DNA of 61,583 nt, filler included. It is 5 parts of 5 records of this genome, joined end to end, with 100 filler letters (N's around TTAATTAATTAA, not from the genome) between each part and the next. Parts side by side here need not be neighbours in the genome. Positions count along the whole stretch, not along the records: positions 1 to 8,510 come from DRR378314_1263; positions 8,611 to 23,500 come from DRR378314_1264; 3 more parts are not named here. The stretch is one strand, 5' to 3'. Below are positions 1-10,657 of the stretch, piece after piece. Position numbers and translations under genes: made by a program. The first letter of the stretch is position 1. Each line of letters begins with the position of its first letter. The notes beneath the pieces were generated by a model that did no database searches, had not been told where the DNA came from, and worked only from the letters and a program-made list of their open reading frames with translations.

Positions 1-80
1 TCACGTACACGTACACGTTCACGTACACGTTCACGTACACTTACACGTACACTTACACTCGATCACTCACTCACTCACTC
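1..80. repeat. Degenerate hexamer (TACACG/TTCACG/TACACT) and (TCAC)n microsatellite at contig start
   Basis: Directly visible tandem low-complexity repeats. Confidence 0.85.
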
Positions 81-1686
81 TGTTGCTCGTGCGCTACAAG
101 GATCTCAGCGTTGGAGAGTGTGGGAGACTCCGCGGCTCCGAGCAGCACTTCATGTAAAGCTACATCATTGATGAGAAACGAGCTGTATTGCCAGCAATAA
201 AAACGATGCAGAGCCTTACGTTGCGCTGCGATCGCCACCACGGCTGTGTGCTACTCACGGAATCGCTGCTACTGTGACATGCCCACGGCTCTCTGCGCAC
301 CGATATGCACTTTGCTTGTGGAAATCGAGCCGAAAGAGGGCAAGACGCGCACATGTCTCACGTGGACGCGCGACCACGTGCTACGTATGGACAAGGAGTA
401 GAGGAGTGATCATACACGTGGCAATGCATCACTACGTGACTAAACGATGCGGAGGAGCGTTCACCCTCCGCACGTCCTCATCCTTGATAGTAACAGCTTC
501 ACCATACGTACTTTTCCAGGTAATACACCAAGTTTCGAGCGCGGCTTTCATCCATCTCTGACAATTTATCTGGATCAACAGTGCGCAGGGCATCTCGAAT
601 TGCGTCGTACTGCTCCACATCGTCGAAAAATATCGTCACAAACTGCTGCGCGCGCCACGCAAATGTGTCATTCACGGACGACTCCGCCCATTTCGCTGGA
701 TTCACACACGTGAACGGAATCGCACATTCGTACATCACAGCCGGTATGAGAGCCGAGAGTCACTGTACGCGAGACACACACGCACGCGCGCGCGACGTCT
801 GACACAGCACAAACTGGTCATGTACATAATTGCGTCCGTGTGCGGAAAGGAGAAGCATAGGGAACAGCTGCACATTACCCTCCTGCGTATCGGTTGACGG
901 GCAACCAGCGAGCATGGAAGCGGGCACATGGCCACCGCACACCCGAACAAACCCACACGTGTCCCCGTATCGCGTAACACCGCATTGGAGAGAGCAAAAA
1001 GGAAGAAGCACGTACGGGTACGCCTGCGGTGTACGACATCGAGTTCCCAACAGTGATGGGCAAACGGGGATGTGCACGCACTCGCCCTTCACTCTCCCGC
1101 GGCGCGCGACAACGCACCAACTTGATGATAGTCGTAGAGAAATTTCAACTTCATCGATAGAGACTTGCGAAGCAGCAGCGATACGACACAACACGTTTCT
1201 GTCCGTATGGGAAGCTGTGGGGACAAGGAACAAGATTATGCATTCCGTGTTCGTGGTAGCGCCGTGGCGGGTTAGGAGTTTGGGAGCGTGCCGCCGCTCC
1301 CCACAAGTGCGCCAAGGTACAGTAGACGCGTAGTACGATGTACCGCTCTTCCCTGCGGTCCATAGTACGTACAAGCACCTGTCAATATGCCACGCACGAC
1401 AGGTTTGGTCGGTCTAGGTACAGCGCGTACTCGCTGGAGCGACGGTGGACGCACGGGAGAGCAGTGGCAAGCAAGCGCGCCCAGTACGCGATGCAGGACG
1501 AATCGAGTGGAAGAACACACAGCGCCAATACTCTTCCAGGGGCATAATGCACCTCGTACACTGTACACCAGGAAGTAGCTGGCACAATGGCAATCGTGTT
1601 ATACGAAAAGGTACCCAGGAAACGCAACGAGCCGCGCCCCTTGCGCTGTGCATAACCACCATGACAATACCATCAAGGACACGTAC

Positions 1687-2064
1687 CTTCCACGTCCCTA
1701 TGTACAGTTCCGCGATGTCTCGTGCGCTAATCGTGAGGTGTTCCGTATCCACTTCACGAAGAAAGCTCAGATCGATAGAGTGGTTTGCATTGATGGTGAA
1801 GCGCAGTGGTGCGCGCTGCGTTCGCTTGCACACAAACGTGCCGAGTTGCATGTGCAGAGGTGTCGCGGAGAGGATCGTCCGCGTGGTGGACGCGCGACTG
1901 TCGGGTTCACTCTCCGAGTCCGATATCGTAATCACGCCTGCCCGCGAGGAGCTCGACGCGCGTGCGTCACCGCCGGAGCCATAGGTGCGCTGCGTCGACG
2001 GCGCGAGGTCTCGTGACCCGGTTTGCCCGGTGCGCGTTTGAATGCGACGCGAAAACTCCTCCAT
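1687..2064 (-). CDS. Probable first exon of an intron-containing eukaryotic gene continuing toward position 1; SIM-like motif and beta-rich domain, possibly Ulp2/SENP6-7-like N-terminus
   Basis: ATG at 2064 (MEEFSRRIQ...), acidic SIM-like VITISDSESE, exon ends AAG|GTACGT at 1687/1686; another protein-like segment at ~510-740 (FVTIFFDDVEQYDAIRDAL...) also ends at GTACGT. Family call is weak. Confidence 0.35.
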
Positions 2065-3960
2065 GGTGATTCCGCGGCCGTTGCCCCGTTCGCCTTCCTC
2101 CTTCCTTGCTCGCACAGTGCCCTCTATAGCTCGTCGCTTGGGCCGTGGACGATCGCGTTGCGCAAAGAAGGGTGCCGACGGAGTAGCCGAGCTGTTTGTA
2201 CAAGAGACGTGTACGTGGGAAGGTAGAGTATATGTTTCAGCACGCGGCGCGCACGTGCACGCGTTCGCGCTACGGCGCACATTGAGACGCGCGTGCTCAC
2301 GCGCCGCAGCAGCACGGAGAGCAAGCGAAGGGACAGGAACAGATAGGACGACGCGACTGACACAACCACCACGTAAGTGTACGGTACAATTATCATCTGC
2401 GTGTCTCATGAGCGCTGCAAGGTTCGCGTACGCTCCACGCCTCTTTTCTTATCCTTCTCTTCTCTCACTTTCTCTGTCTCTTTCTCGCTCGGTACGTCGG
2501 GCGCGCTGAGTATAAGCGACATCTCCGGCACCGACTGCAAGCGAGTACGCAGGGCACGCAAGGAACGCCACGCACTCTACACAATCACAGCACAACCAGT
2601 GGCTCGCTGTATCCGTGAACGAATACATAAGCAAGAACCGTCGATCGGCGCGCGGTGGAGATCGCATGGCCTTGCGCGTCGCCCTCCGCTCGTACCTAAG
2701 CAGGTCCGAGTCCGTGAGCACACCAACCGCTGCAGCATACGACGACGAGAACGCACATCAGAGCACTCAGTCTTTCATCACCAATGAACCCACCAAACAA
2801 CTCACCAGGTACGTACCGTAATTACCGATTCATATGGTATTCATTCAGGTGCTACTGCTGCTGCGCGTGCGTTGCAACAGTACGTATTATGCGAGGACAG
2901 CGCACCTTGCTGCAGTAGCCGCCCGCGCGTGAGACGTGAACGCGGGCGCCCACCGTATTCGAACCGGCGCAACCGCTTCATCGGAGATATTCTCTCTACT
3001 TCGTCATGTACAGAATCGTCATCCTGCTCGCCCAAATTTATACAATTCGATTCCCCTTCATTCGTTAAAGGGCGAGCAAGCTCTGAAGCCACGGCTGCGT
3101 TCGTGCGGTTGCGCAACAGTGTTGCAAAAGTGCGGGAAAGCATGGCGAGGCGCAGCCCGCAGGGAGTCTTCCGAGCCACTTGCACGCGTGGCCGCACTTC
3201 GCACCACAAAATGCAAGCAAAGAGCAATCCAACAGACTCAGCATACCAATCAGTGTTAACATATTCAGTGAGAAATTCTAAGGACAGCTCCTTAGTAAGA
3301 GATCAAAAAGAACCAAAAAGGCCATGGTAGCAAGCCGGGACGCAATACCTTGTCCATGTCGGCGCTGGGGAAGGCGGAGACCGTCTCACGCGCGTACGGC
3401 CTCGAAGCAACGCCAGCCTCACTTTCCGCGTCCGCTTCTCCTGCGCGACGACAGCGTTCACGTAAAGCAGCAGGAAATTGGCTACTTTACTACTCAGTAA
3501 TTCGAATGGCCCCTGCGCTGGAGCCGTGGTCGCTCGGGACCGCCACCCAAGCGGGCTATTCGCGCACGCACGCACGCGCGCTCTGGTCTCGCGGAGCGCT
3601 GTGCCCGCGAGATAAAACAAGCGAGGTATATTTTTTACTACTACTATACGATCCATATATATTCGTAGTTCAGCCCTACCCCCAGGGCGTCCCTGGCGCG
3701 GTGGAGCATTTCCGGCGCGTGATCGACCTAGTGACGCTGGAAGTGTGCTGGCAAAGCAGCACTGCGAACTTCTACGTAATTTCTGGAGCGCCGCGCGTGC
3801 GGCGCCGCACCCACCCACACACCACCGGACACCCGGCGATGGAGCGCGCCCGGTACGCGCGCTTACTCCTTCCCCCACTCGCCGGAACGCCCGCGCTCTA
3901 CGCTGTTGCTTGCGAGTTCTGGCCAGCTGACATTTGCAGACGGCGTGTGCGTATAATGCA

Positions 3961-4445
3961 GGAACACCGCGCGGTCGGACGCCGCAGGCGCCTTCAACAT
4001 CCAGCGGGCCGAGGAGTTCCTGCAGAAGCGTACGTGCAAGCGTGCGGAGAGGCAGAGTGCTCCTTTGAACTTCTCTTCGCAGCGCTTTGTGATTTGGTTC
4101 ACTCATCATTTATGTCGAAGTGTATATACGCTTCGCGTTCGTCAATGTCGAGATTCCTTTTGCCACTGTGCAGGTGTAGGAGCTGTGCGCTGCGGTGCGA
4201 ATAACAACACCGCGAGCTTGCACACTGTGCTGAATCCCCGCTGCCCTGCTCGCTCTCTCTTTCTCTTTCGCGTGCGCGCACGTTCGCTCTCATGTGCAGG
4301 AATGGGAAGCCTTCCGGAAAAGGAATACTCTCGTGTGCAAGAGAATGCACAAGCAGTGGCTGCGTTCACCGAGAAGGCTGCGGCTGCTTCGTCTTCGACG
4401 CGTGCTTCTGCGACGGCTGGCCTGAAGGACGCGCTCGGTCTCTGA
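3961..4445 (+). CDS. Probable last two exons of an uncharacterised eukaryotic gene
   Basis: TGCAG acceptor then NTARSDAAGAFNIQRAEEFLQK ending at GTACGT; second TGCAG acceptor at ~4299 after a pyrimidine tract, then GMGSLPEKEYSRVQENAQ...DALGL*. Confidence 0.3.
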
Positions 4446-5181
4446 GCGCACGGCACAAGGAACACGCTTGGGCGTGCGCGCGACGACCGTCTGACCCGGC
4501 CGCTCTCTTGGCGCGTAGAGCAACGCGCCGATACATATCGATGTGCGTGTAGATGTGCTATGCCGGTCAAGTACGTGTCCAGCACGCTTGGCTTTCCGCC
4601 GGGGACCAAAGCCAAACCACTCGACCGCGCAACCAGCCACGGGCGTTTGGTCAACGTGGGAAAGCGGAGCGGAGATCTCGCGGAATCGCTGCCACCTGTC
4701 CCTTTTTTTGGAACACAATCAGTACATGGCTGTACCTGTAGGCAATACAATGCGAAGTACACGTGCCGGCCAGAGCGGCGGCACGTGTGTGCGGTGAGCG
4801 CGGGGCACGTCTGCGCTCGCAGTACAGAGCCTGCTCGCCGCGCCACCCGCACCTCGCGGACGCCGCCGCCCGGCGACGTGCCGCGCGCACTGGCCGCAGC
4901 AGCAGCGCCACCGCGCCCGGCACTGCCGCCGTGCGGCCTCGCGCGCCGGTCTGCGCGCGCGTGCGCCCCGATAGCGGCGGCGGCGGGGGGGGGAGCGCGC
5001 GCATCCCAGTATTGCGGGGTATGTCGTTTGTCTTGTATCCTTTCTCTCCCCGCGCTCTCCCGCCACAGCGCGAGCCAGTCCGCACTCGCACCTCCACCTA
5101 TCCGCCTCAAGCCCCGCCCCCGCCCCGCTCTGCCCGCGTACGGCGCCGCAACGCCCGCGCTCTCGCTCGCGGCTGTTCCGT

Positions 5182-7324
5182 ATGGGATCGTTGTGTGGCG
5201 GTGTTCCTGATTTCCTGGCGGCGCCAGTGCTGCTTGCGCGCGCACGCCGTGTGGAGGCCGCCGCGGCAACCGGCACTGTGCTGACGGAGACGCGCGCGAC
5301 GTCGGTCACCGCCAGCGACTTCGCGGCGCCGACGATCCTCGGAGCTGGGGAGACGCGGATCGAGTACGCCCCGGAAAAACTCACGTACACACTTCATGCC
5401 TACGTAGCCTCATTCACGCGTGAGGCGCGCTCTGGCGGCACCTCGTTTGTATTCATTGCGGACGGTGTGTCGCAGCTGCGCGTGCGCGGCCTCAGCGGCA
5501 CTCCGCCCTCCGCCCGCGACGCCTTCACTGCGACGCTCTTGCCCGGGATGTACGCGCGCATACCGGGATCCGCCTCATTCTCGCTCTCCGATGGAGAGGG
5601 GATTGTGATTGATGTGCACAATCAAGATCACGGAGTATTTATGTTGGGTGGTCCAGTGAGCTCGCTGGGGGACTTTCGGTACATTGACGGGTACGTGGCT
5701 CTCGCGCGCGGGGCGCCCAGCCGTTGCGGCGCTGGCTCGCCGTTGCGCGCTCACTGGCACGCGCCCCAGCGGTGGCGAAGAACTCCCCACGGCGGAGGAG
5801 GAAGCAGTGCACAGACATACCACGTGTACGCAACGGGAACAAAGCAGCGTCGTGTGCAGTAGCGTGTGCTCTGGCTGCGCTCTCTTTCGTCGTTCCCTTT
5901 TGTCTCCGCGCGCTGGTGCGCCTGTCGCTGGGCTCGCGCTCCCCCTCCGCACGCTGCCCTGCGCGCACACCTCACGCGCCCTTCAAAAGAACCCACACCT
6001 GCGTACATGAACTGATGTACGGGTACAGTGGTGTATGTTGTGTAATCTATTGCAAACGGAGCGCGTGCGGGTGTGTAAGCGCGTTCCCGCACGTAACGTC
6101 TCTCGTGTATGGTTCGGCCCGTGCGTACGCGCCGCTGCAGGTGCACCGACAGCCTCCTCCTCGCGCCGTCGCGTAAGGGACTGTCCTGCCTCAACCACCT
6201 ACACTTCCCACCGCATACCACGCAGACCCTACACTGGCATCCATCGGATCGTATTGGCATGGTAACTCAGGGCGTGTGTGAGTGCCGTAAAGGTCCCCTG
6301 CTTTCTCGTGATCCGCGCACGGGACTTGTGGTCCAGTGTCAAGGTACGGCGCTGCTGCTGCGCGCCACGAGCGGCCAAATGGCGGCACAAGTGTGCGCCG
6401 CGCGCCTCGGTGCGCGTAAGCGACCAATGACCTCGCTCTATGGCACGCCGAGCGTATGTGGAACGGCGTGCGGTAGTGCCGCCGCTCCGGATTGTCTCGG
6501 CGTTGCTACTACCGCACGATAAGTTCGCTGCGTGCGAGACGCGCCATCTCGGTCCTCCCAGATACTCCGCAACGATCGCACATCGATCTCCAGCATCCAA
6601 TCGCACGCGTGTAACGTCACACGCACCCGGATATACACGCTTGTGTTCTCTGTTGCTCACAAGGGTCTGGAACCGTGCGTTTGTCGTTGTGTGTGTATAC
6701 CCACAGAAACGGACACAACGCGGATCACGCTCTTGCCGGGCGATGTGTTTATCCTGCCCGCACACACGTGGCACGCGTTTGAGACCACCACAGAGAGCCT
6801 TGATGTCATTGCTTGGCACCCCGATAGCGACTTTGGACCAAGTGATGAGGATCACCGTACGTTGCTCGCGGATCCGAGGGACGAGAGAGTGTGTGTGTGA
6901 GAGAGAGAGTAAGTGAGCTTCCTTCCTCCTCCTCGCTGTCTCTACGCAAAGTTGCTCATCCATGACGAAAATCAATCTCCCGCGAGCGCTATATTGCTGT
7001 TTTGTGTACGAGATGGACGGTCGTTTCCGTTTCCTTCTTCGCTCCGTGCGGTGTGGCGTTGTCGCTGCGCCGCCACGACACGACAGGCGCGGCGCGATTC
7101 GCGTGCGCAGCACCCTGAAGTAGATCGGCTGCTCGCGATCGCGTACAATGCAACACCTGGCACGCGTACGGGTCACGTTGACATGAATACCAGCCTGCGC
7201 TTTTTCCCGAGCGTGACATGTATCCCTGCTGTGCGTGGCTGATCGTGTGTGCTCACGCGTGTCTCCAGCGATGATCAACCGTACTCTGGGAGCTACAGGA
7301 GCGAAAATGGCCCCACAGCTGTAG
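5182..7324 (+). CDS. Four-exon cupin-domain protein (exons 5182-5690, 6141-6343, 6707-6856, 7269-7324; start uncertain)
   Basis: GTACGT/GTACGG donors and CAG acceptors join in frame to give ...FRYIDG|CTDSLLLAP..CLNHLHFPP..TLHWHPSDRIGMV..Q|ETDTTRITLLPGDVFILPAHTWHAF..VIAWHPDSDFGPSDEDH|PMINRT..QL*; cupin HxH and distal His motifs. Confidence 0.8.
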
Positions 7325-8479
7325 CGAAGAATATTTCGCATAAACAACAACACAGAACGCGAATCGATTTTTTTTCCATGGGAAGCCAAGGTGTTCATTC
7401 TCGTGGTAACTATGGGGCTGGAGCTGGTGTTAGTGTTTGTGGGAGCGGCGGCGTATCCGCAATGGTTGTGTGTGGAGCGGTTACGTGTACCATTCCACTC
7501 TTCCCCCGCACAACCAAGGTGCACGGCCGGTACTACATGACACGTGCATATGGCACTTGTAGCACTGCACTGCTGTGTCTGCGGAGATCTCAGTGCACGC
7601 GGACGTGGTGTGCGGGTGATCGCGTGCGTCTCTGGTCGAGGGAGGGGGCGGTTTTCTCCTCCCGCATGATCCCGGCACCCTTTCTCTATCCGCGAGCGCG
7701 CACCGCACCGCTGCGAGATCCATCGCGGAAAAGATCGTACCGACGCGGCAAGAGGTGCATCGTGATCCGCATCGATCCGTAGCGGTGGTTTGTCAGTGGG
7801 TGTGAGCGCTTCCAGAAGATACCGACCGCTCGTGGGTACATTACCCGCGCGCAAATGCTTGCACGTGTGTGTGGGAGAGAGTGTGTATGTGTAAGCACAT
7901 TCACACGCTTCACCTTCCCAGCGGTATTCCTTGCTATTTGTACATTTCTTACCAATGAGGTGAGTGCTCAGCACTTCGAGGTGGTATTCGCATTCATCAT
8001 GTAGTCACGACAGAGTCGGGAGAGGGAGCGCTGCGGAACACAACGTGGTGGGTACAAGAACACCGCACTGACCGAGCCACGGAAACGAACGCAGAAGTAC
8101 GCACGCGCGCGCTCCTGCCAGTAGGAACGGACAAAGTACGCGAGTACGCTTGCGAACGCAGTGCGTGGGGAGTAACAAAGAGCGTTCTTTTTAATCGTAG
8201 TCGAGTGGTCTCCTCGCTCTCCCTTTCCCCCACGTACATGGTCTCTCCTTCCTCGCGGAACACGGAAAGGGAAACCACATACATCCCCTAGCGCTGTCCC
8301 ACGATACACACGCACGATACAATACACACTGGGACCCCAGCGCTGCAGGTCAGACCAGCGCATTGAAAAACAAAACAAAAACACCGTTGTACGGCACGTG
8401 ATGATCCGGACAACGTCTGCATTACGTGTGGGAAAACGAGGCGAAGTGCGTCCGCACTGCGCTTTCCGGATCCGCGCAC

Positions 8480-8510
8480 GCACACACACACACACACTCT
8501 CTCTCTCTCT
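8480..8510. repeat. (CA)n(CT)n microsatellite at contig end
   Basis: Directly visible. Confidence 0.85.
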
Positions 8511-8610
8511 NNNNNNNNNNNNNNNNNNNNNNNNNNNNNNNNNNNNNNNNNNNNTTAATTAATTAANNNNNNNNNNNNNNNNNNNNNNNNNNNNNNNNNN
8601 NNNNNNNNNN
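8511..8610. other. Artificial contig spacer (N + TTAATTAATTAA + N)
   Basis: 100-nt N block with six-frame stop linker. Confidence 0.98.
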
Positions 8611-9024
8611 GAAGCCCTGGATCTGGTCGGCGTGCAGGTCCACGGTCACCACCCGGTCGATGCCCACGGCGGTGATCATGTCGGCGACCACCTTGGCGGT
8701 GATCGGCACCCGCGCGGAACGCACCCGGCGGTCCTGGCGGGCGTAACCGAAGTAGGGGATCACGGCGGTGATGCGGCCGGCGGAAGAGCGCCGCAGGGCG
8801 TCCGCCATCACCAGCAGTTCCATCAGGTTGTTATTGGTGGGCTGGCAGGTGGACTGGACGATGAACACGTCCTTGCCGCGCACGTTTTCCTGAATGTCCA
8901 CGGCCACTTCGCCGTCGCTGAAAACGCCGACGTCGGCATCGCCGAGGGGAATGTTGATCTGCTCGGCCATGGAGCTGGCCAGTTCGGGATTGGCGTTGCC
9001 GGCGAAAATAACGAGTTTGGACAC
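8611..9024 (-). CDS. prs: Ribose-phosphate pyrophosphokinase (3'-truncated by contig end)
   Basis: [41 protein letters not shown]. Confidence 0.97.
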
Positions 9025-9079
9025 TGGCGTCCCCTGGCTTTCAAGTAATGAATTTAGGGTTTGTCCTTACGGAAAGAAA

Positions 9080-9155
9080 TGGCTGGGGTACCAGGACTCG
9101 AACCTGGGAATGACGGGATCAAAACCCGCTGCCTTACCAACTTGGCTATACCCCA
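9080..9155 (-). tRNA. tRNA-Gln (TTG)
   Basis: Reverse complement TGGGGTATAGCCAAGTTGGTAAGGCAGCGGGTTTTGATCCCGTCATTCCCAGGTTCGAGTCCTGGTACCCCAGCCA; usual position between ispE and prs. Confidence 0.95.
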
Positions 9156-9179
9156 ACACTAACTTGCTCAGGTGGCGTG

Positions 9180-10073
9180 TCACGCCGGCCCTGAATTCTG
9201 TCTGGCTCGAAGCGTCGCCAGTGCCTCATGGAGAGGTGAGATTTCAGTGCTTCGAGCCACAAAACCTGTCCAGTATTCCGGCAAGTGCCGCAGTGCGTTA
9301 TGCGCGTCTTGCTGGTCGGCGAAGTGTGCGAAACAACAAGCGCCGGTACCGGTCATGCGGGCGTTGCCCGCTTCGCTTTGGAGCCAGTCGAGCGCTTTAT
9401 CCACGGCGGGAAAAAGGCGCCGGGCCACGGCTTCGCAGTCGTTGTGCCCTTCCTTCAGGAAGGCCTCGAAAGTGGCCGCCCCAAGCGAGGCCGGTAATGT
9501 AATGGCGGGGGTGTGCCTTGTCAATTCCCCGTCGCCGAAAATTCGAGCGGTTGAAACGGAGACCCCGGGATCGACCACCAGAAACCAGAGTGGCGGCAAT
9601 TCAACGGCTTGCAAGCGCTCGCCCACGCCCTCCGCCCAGGCGTTGCGGCCGCGCACGAACACCGGCACGTCCGCGCCCAGGCTCAGCCCCAGCCGCGCCA
9701 GGGTGTCCACGTCCAGGTCCAGCCCCCAGAGCAGATTCAGCCCCCACAGCGCGGTGGCGGCGTCGGAGGAGCCGCCGCCCACGCCGCCGCCGGCGGGCAG
9801 CCTCTTGCGCAGGTGCAGGCGCGCGCCGGCGGTGTGGCCGGTCTCCTGTTGCAGCAGCCGGGCGGCGCGCAGCACCAGATTGTCGTCGTTCACCGGCAGC
9901 GCCGGGTTGTCGCAACGCAAGCTGAGGGTGTCGGCGGGGGCGAAATCCAGGGTGTCGCCGTGGTCGAGCAGCACGAACAGGGTCTGCAGCAGGTGGTAGC
10001 CATCCTGGCGCCGGCCGTTGATGTGCAAAAACAGGTTCAGTTTGGCCGGCGCCGGCAGGGAAAACGGAGCCAT
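9180..10073 (-). CDS. ispE: 4-diphosphocytidyl-2-C-methyl-D-erythritol kinase
   Basis: APAKLNLFLHI, GGGVGGGSSDAA, GADVPVF, MTGTGAC. Confidence 0.96.
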   Translation of the reverse strand: MAPFSLPAPAKLNLFLHINGRRQDGYHLLQTLFVLLDHGDTLDFAPADTLSLRCDNPALPVNDDNLVLRAARLLQQETGHTAGARLHLRKRLPAGGGVGGGSSDAATALWGLNLLWGLDLDVDTLARLGLSLGADVPVFVRGRNAWAEGVGERLQAVELPPLWFLVVDPGVSVSTARIFGDGELTRHTPAITLPASLGAATFEAFLKEGHNDCEAVARRLFPAVDKALDWLQSEAGNARMTGTGACCFAHFADQQDAHNALRHLPEYWTGFVARSTEISPLHEALATLRARQNSGPA

Positions 10074-10075
10074 GA

Positions 10076-10657
10076 TCAGGGCTGGCTGGGCAGCGGCTGC
10101 CACTCGCGGATCAGCAGGGTAAAGCTGTCGGCGCCCTGGCGCGCCTTGATGCGGTGGGGCAGCGCCACCCGGCCCACGGTCTCGTAGCGGTCGAATTCCA
10201 GATCCCAGCCCAGCTGGCTCAGCTGGATCAGCCGGCCCTCGTCGTTTTCCTGTGACTGCGCCGGTGCGCCCGGCCACACCAGGCCGCGGCTCCAGTATTC
10301 CAGCGCCGATACCGGCAGCCAGAAACCGGTCAGGTGCCAGGCCAGTTCGCCGGGCGTGCGGGCCTGCCATTCACCCTGGGACGTTTCCAGGCGGGCCATG
10401 CCCGGCTGCCAGGTCAGTGCCGCGCTGCCGAAGCCGAGCGGGCCGGAGAAGCGGATTTCGCCGTAGCGCGGGGCCTGCTGCCAGTCGAAGCTGGCGGAGC
10501 CGCCGTCGTCGGCGGTGCGGTAACCGAGCTTGCCGCTCATTTCCCAGCGCTGGATCTGCTCGGCGCGGGTGAAGTCGGTGGGGGCCAGCGGGGCTTGTTG
10601 GCAGGCGCTCAGAAACAGCGCCAAAGGCAGCCACCAAAAACGGCTCGCGTTGCTCAA
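10076..10657 (-). CDS. lolB: Outer-membrane lipoprotein insertase LolB
   Basis: Lipobox LSAC, GSASFDWQQ, LTGFWLPVSALEYW; synteny with ispE; TTG start inferred. Confidence 0.9.
   Translation of the reverse strand: MSNASRFWWLPLALFLSACQQAPLAPTDFTRAEQIQRWEMSGKLGYRTADDGGSASFDWQQAPRYGEIRFSGPLGFGSAALTWQPGMARLETSQGEWQARTPGELAWHLTGFWLPVSALEYWSRGLVWPGAPAQSQENDEGRLIQLSQLGWDLEFDRYETVGRVALPHRIKARQGADSFTLLIREWQPLPSQP

Noticed and set aside
1-80. Terminal repeat as telomere or CRISPR
   Set aside because: Degenerate mixed microsatellite with no spacers and no uniform telomeric unit
6229-7974. 581-aa minus-strand ORF and other long ORFs in 1-8510
   Set aside because: Arg/Thr/Cys-rich with no motifs; antisense to the spliced cupin or spanning introns
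8511-8610. TTAATTAATTAA recurring four times as a biological repeat
   Set aside because: Embedded in N runs of fixed length; assembly linker
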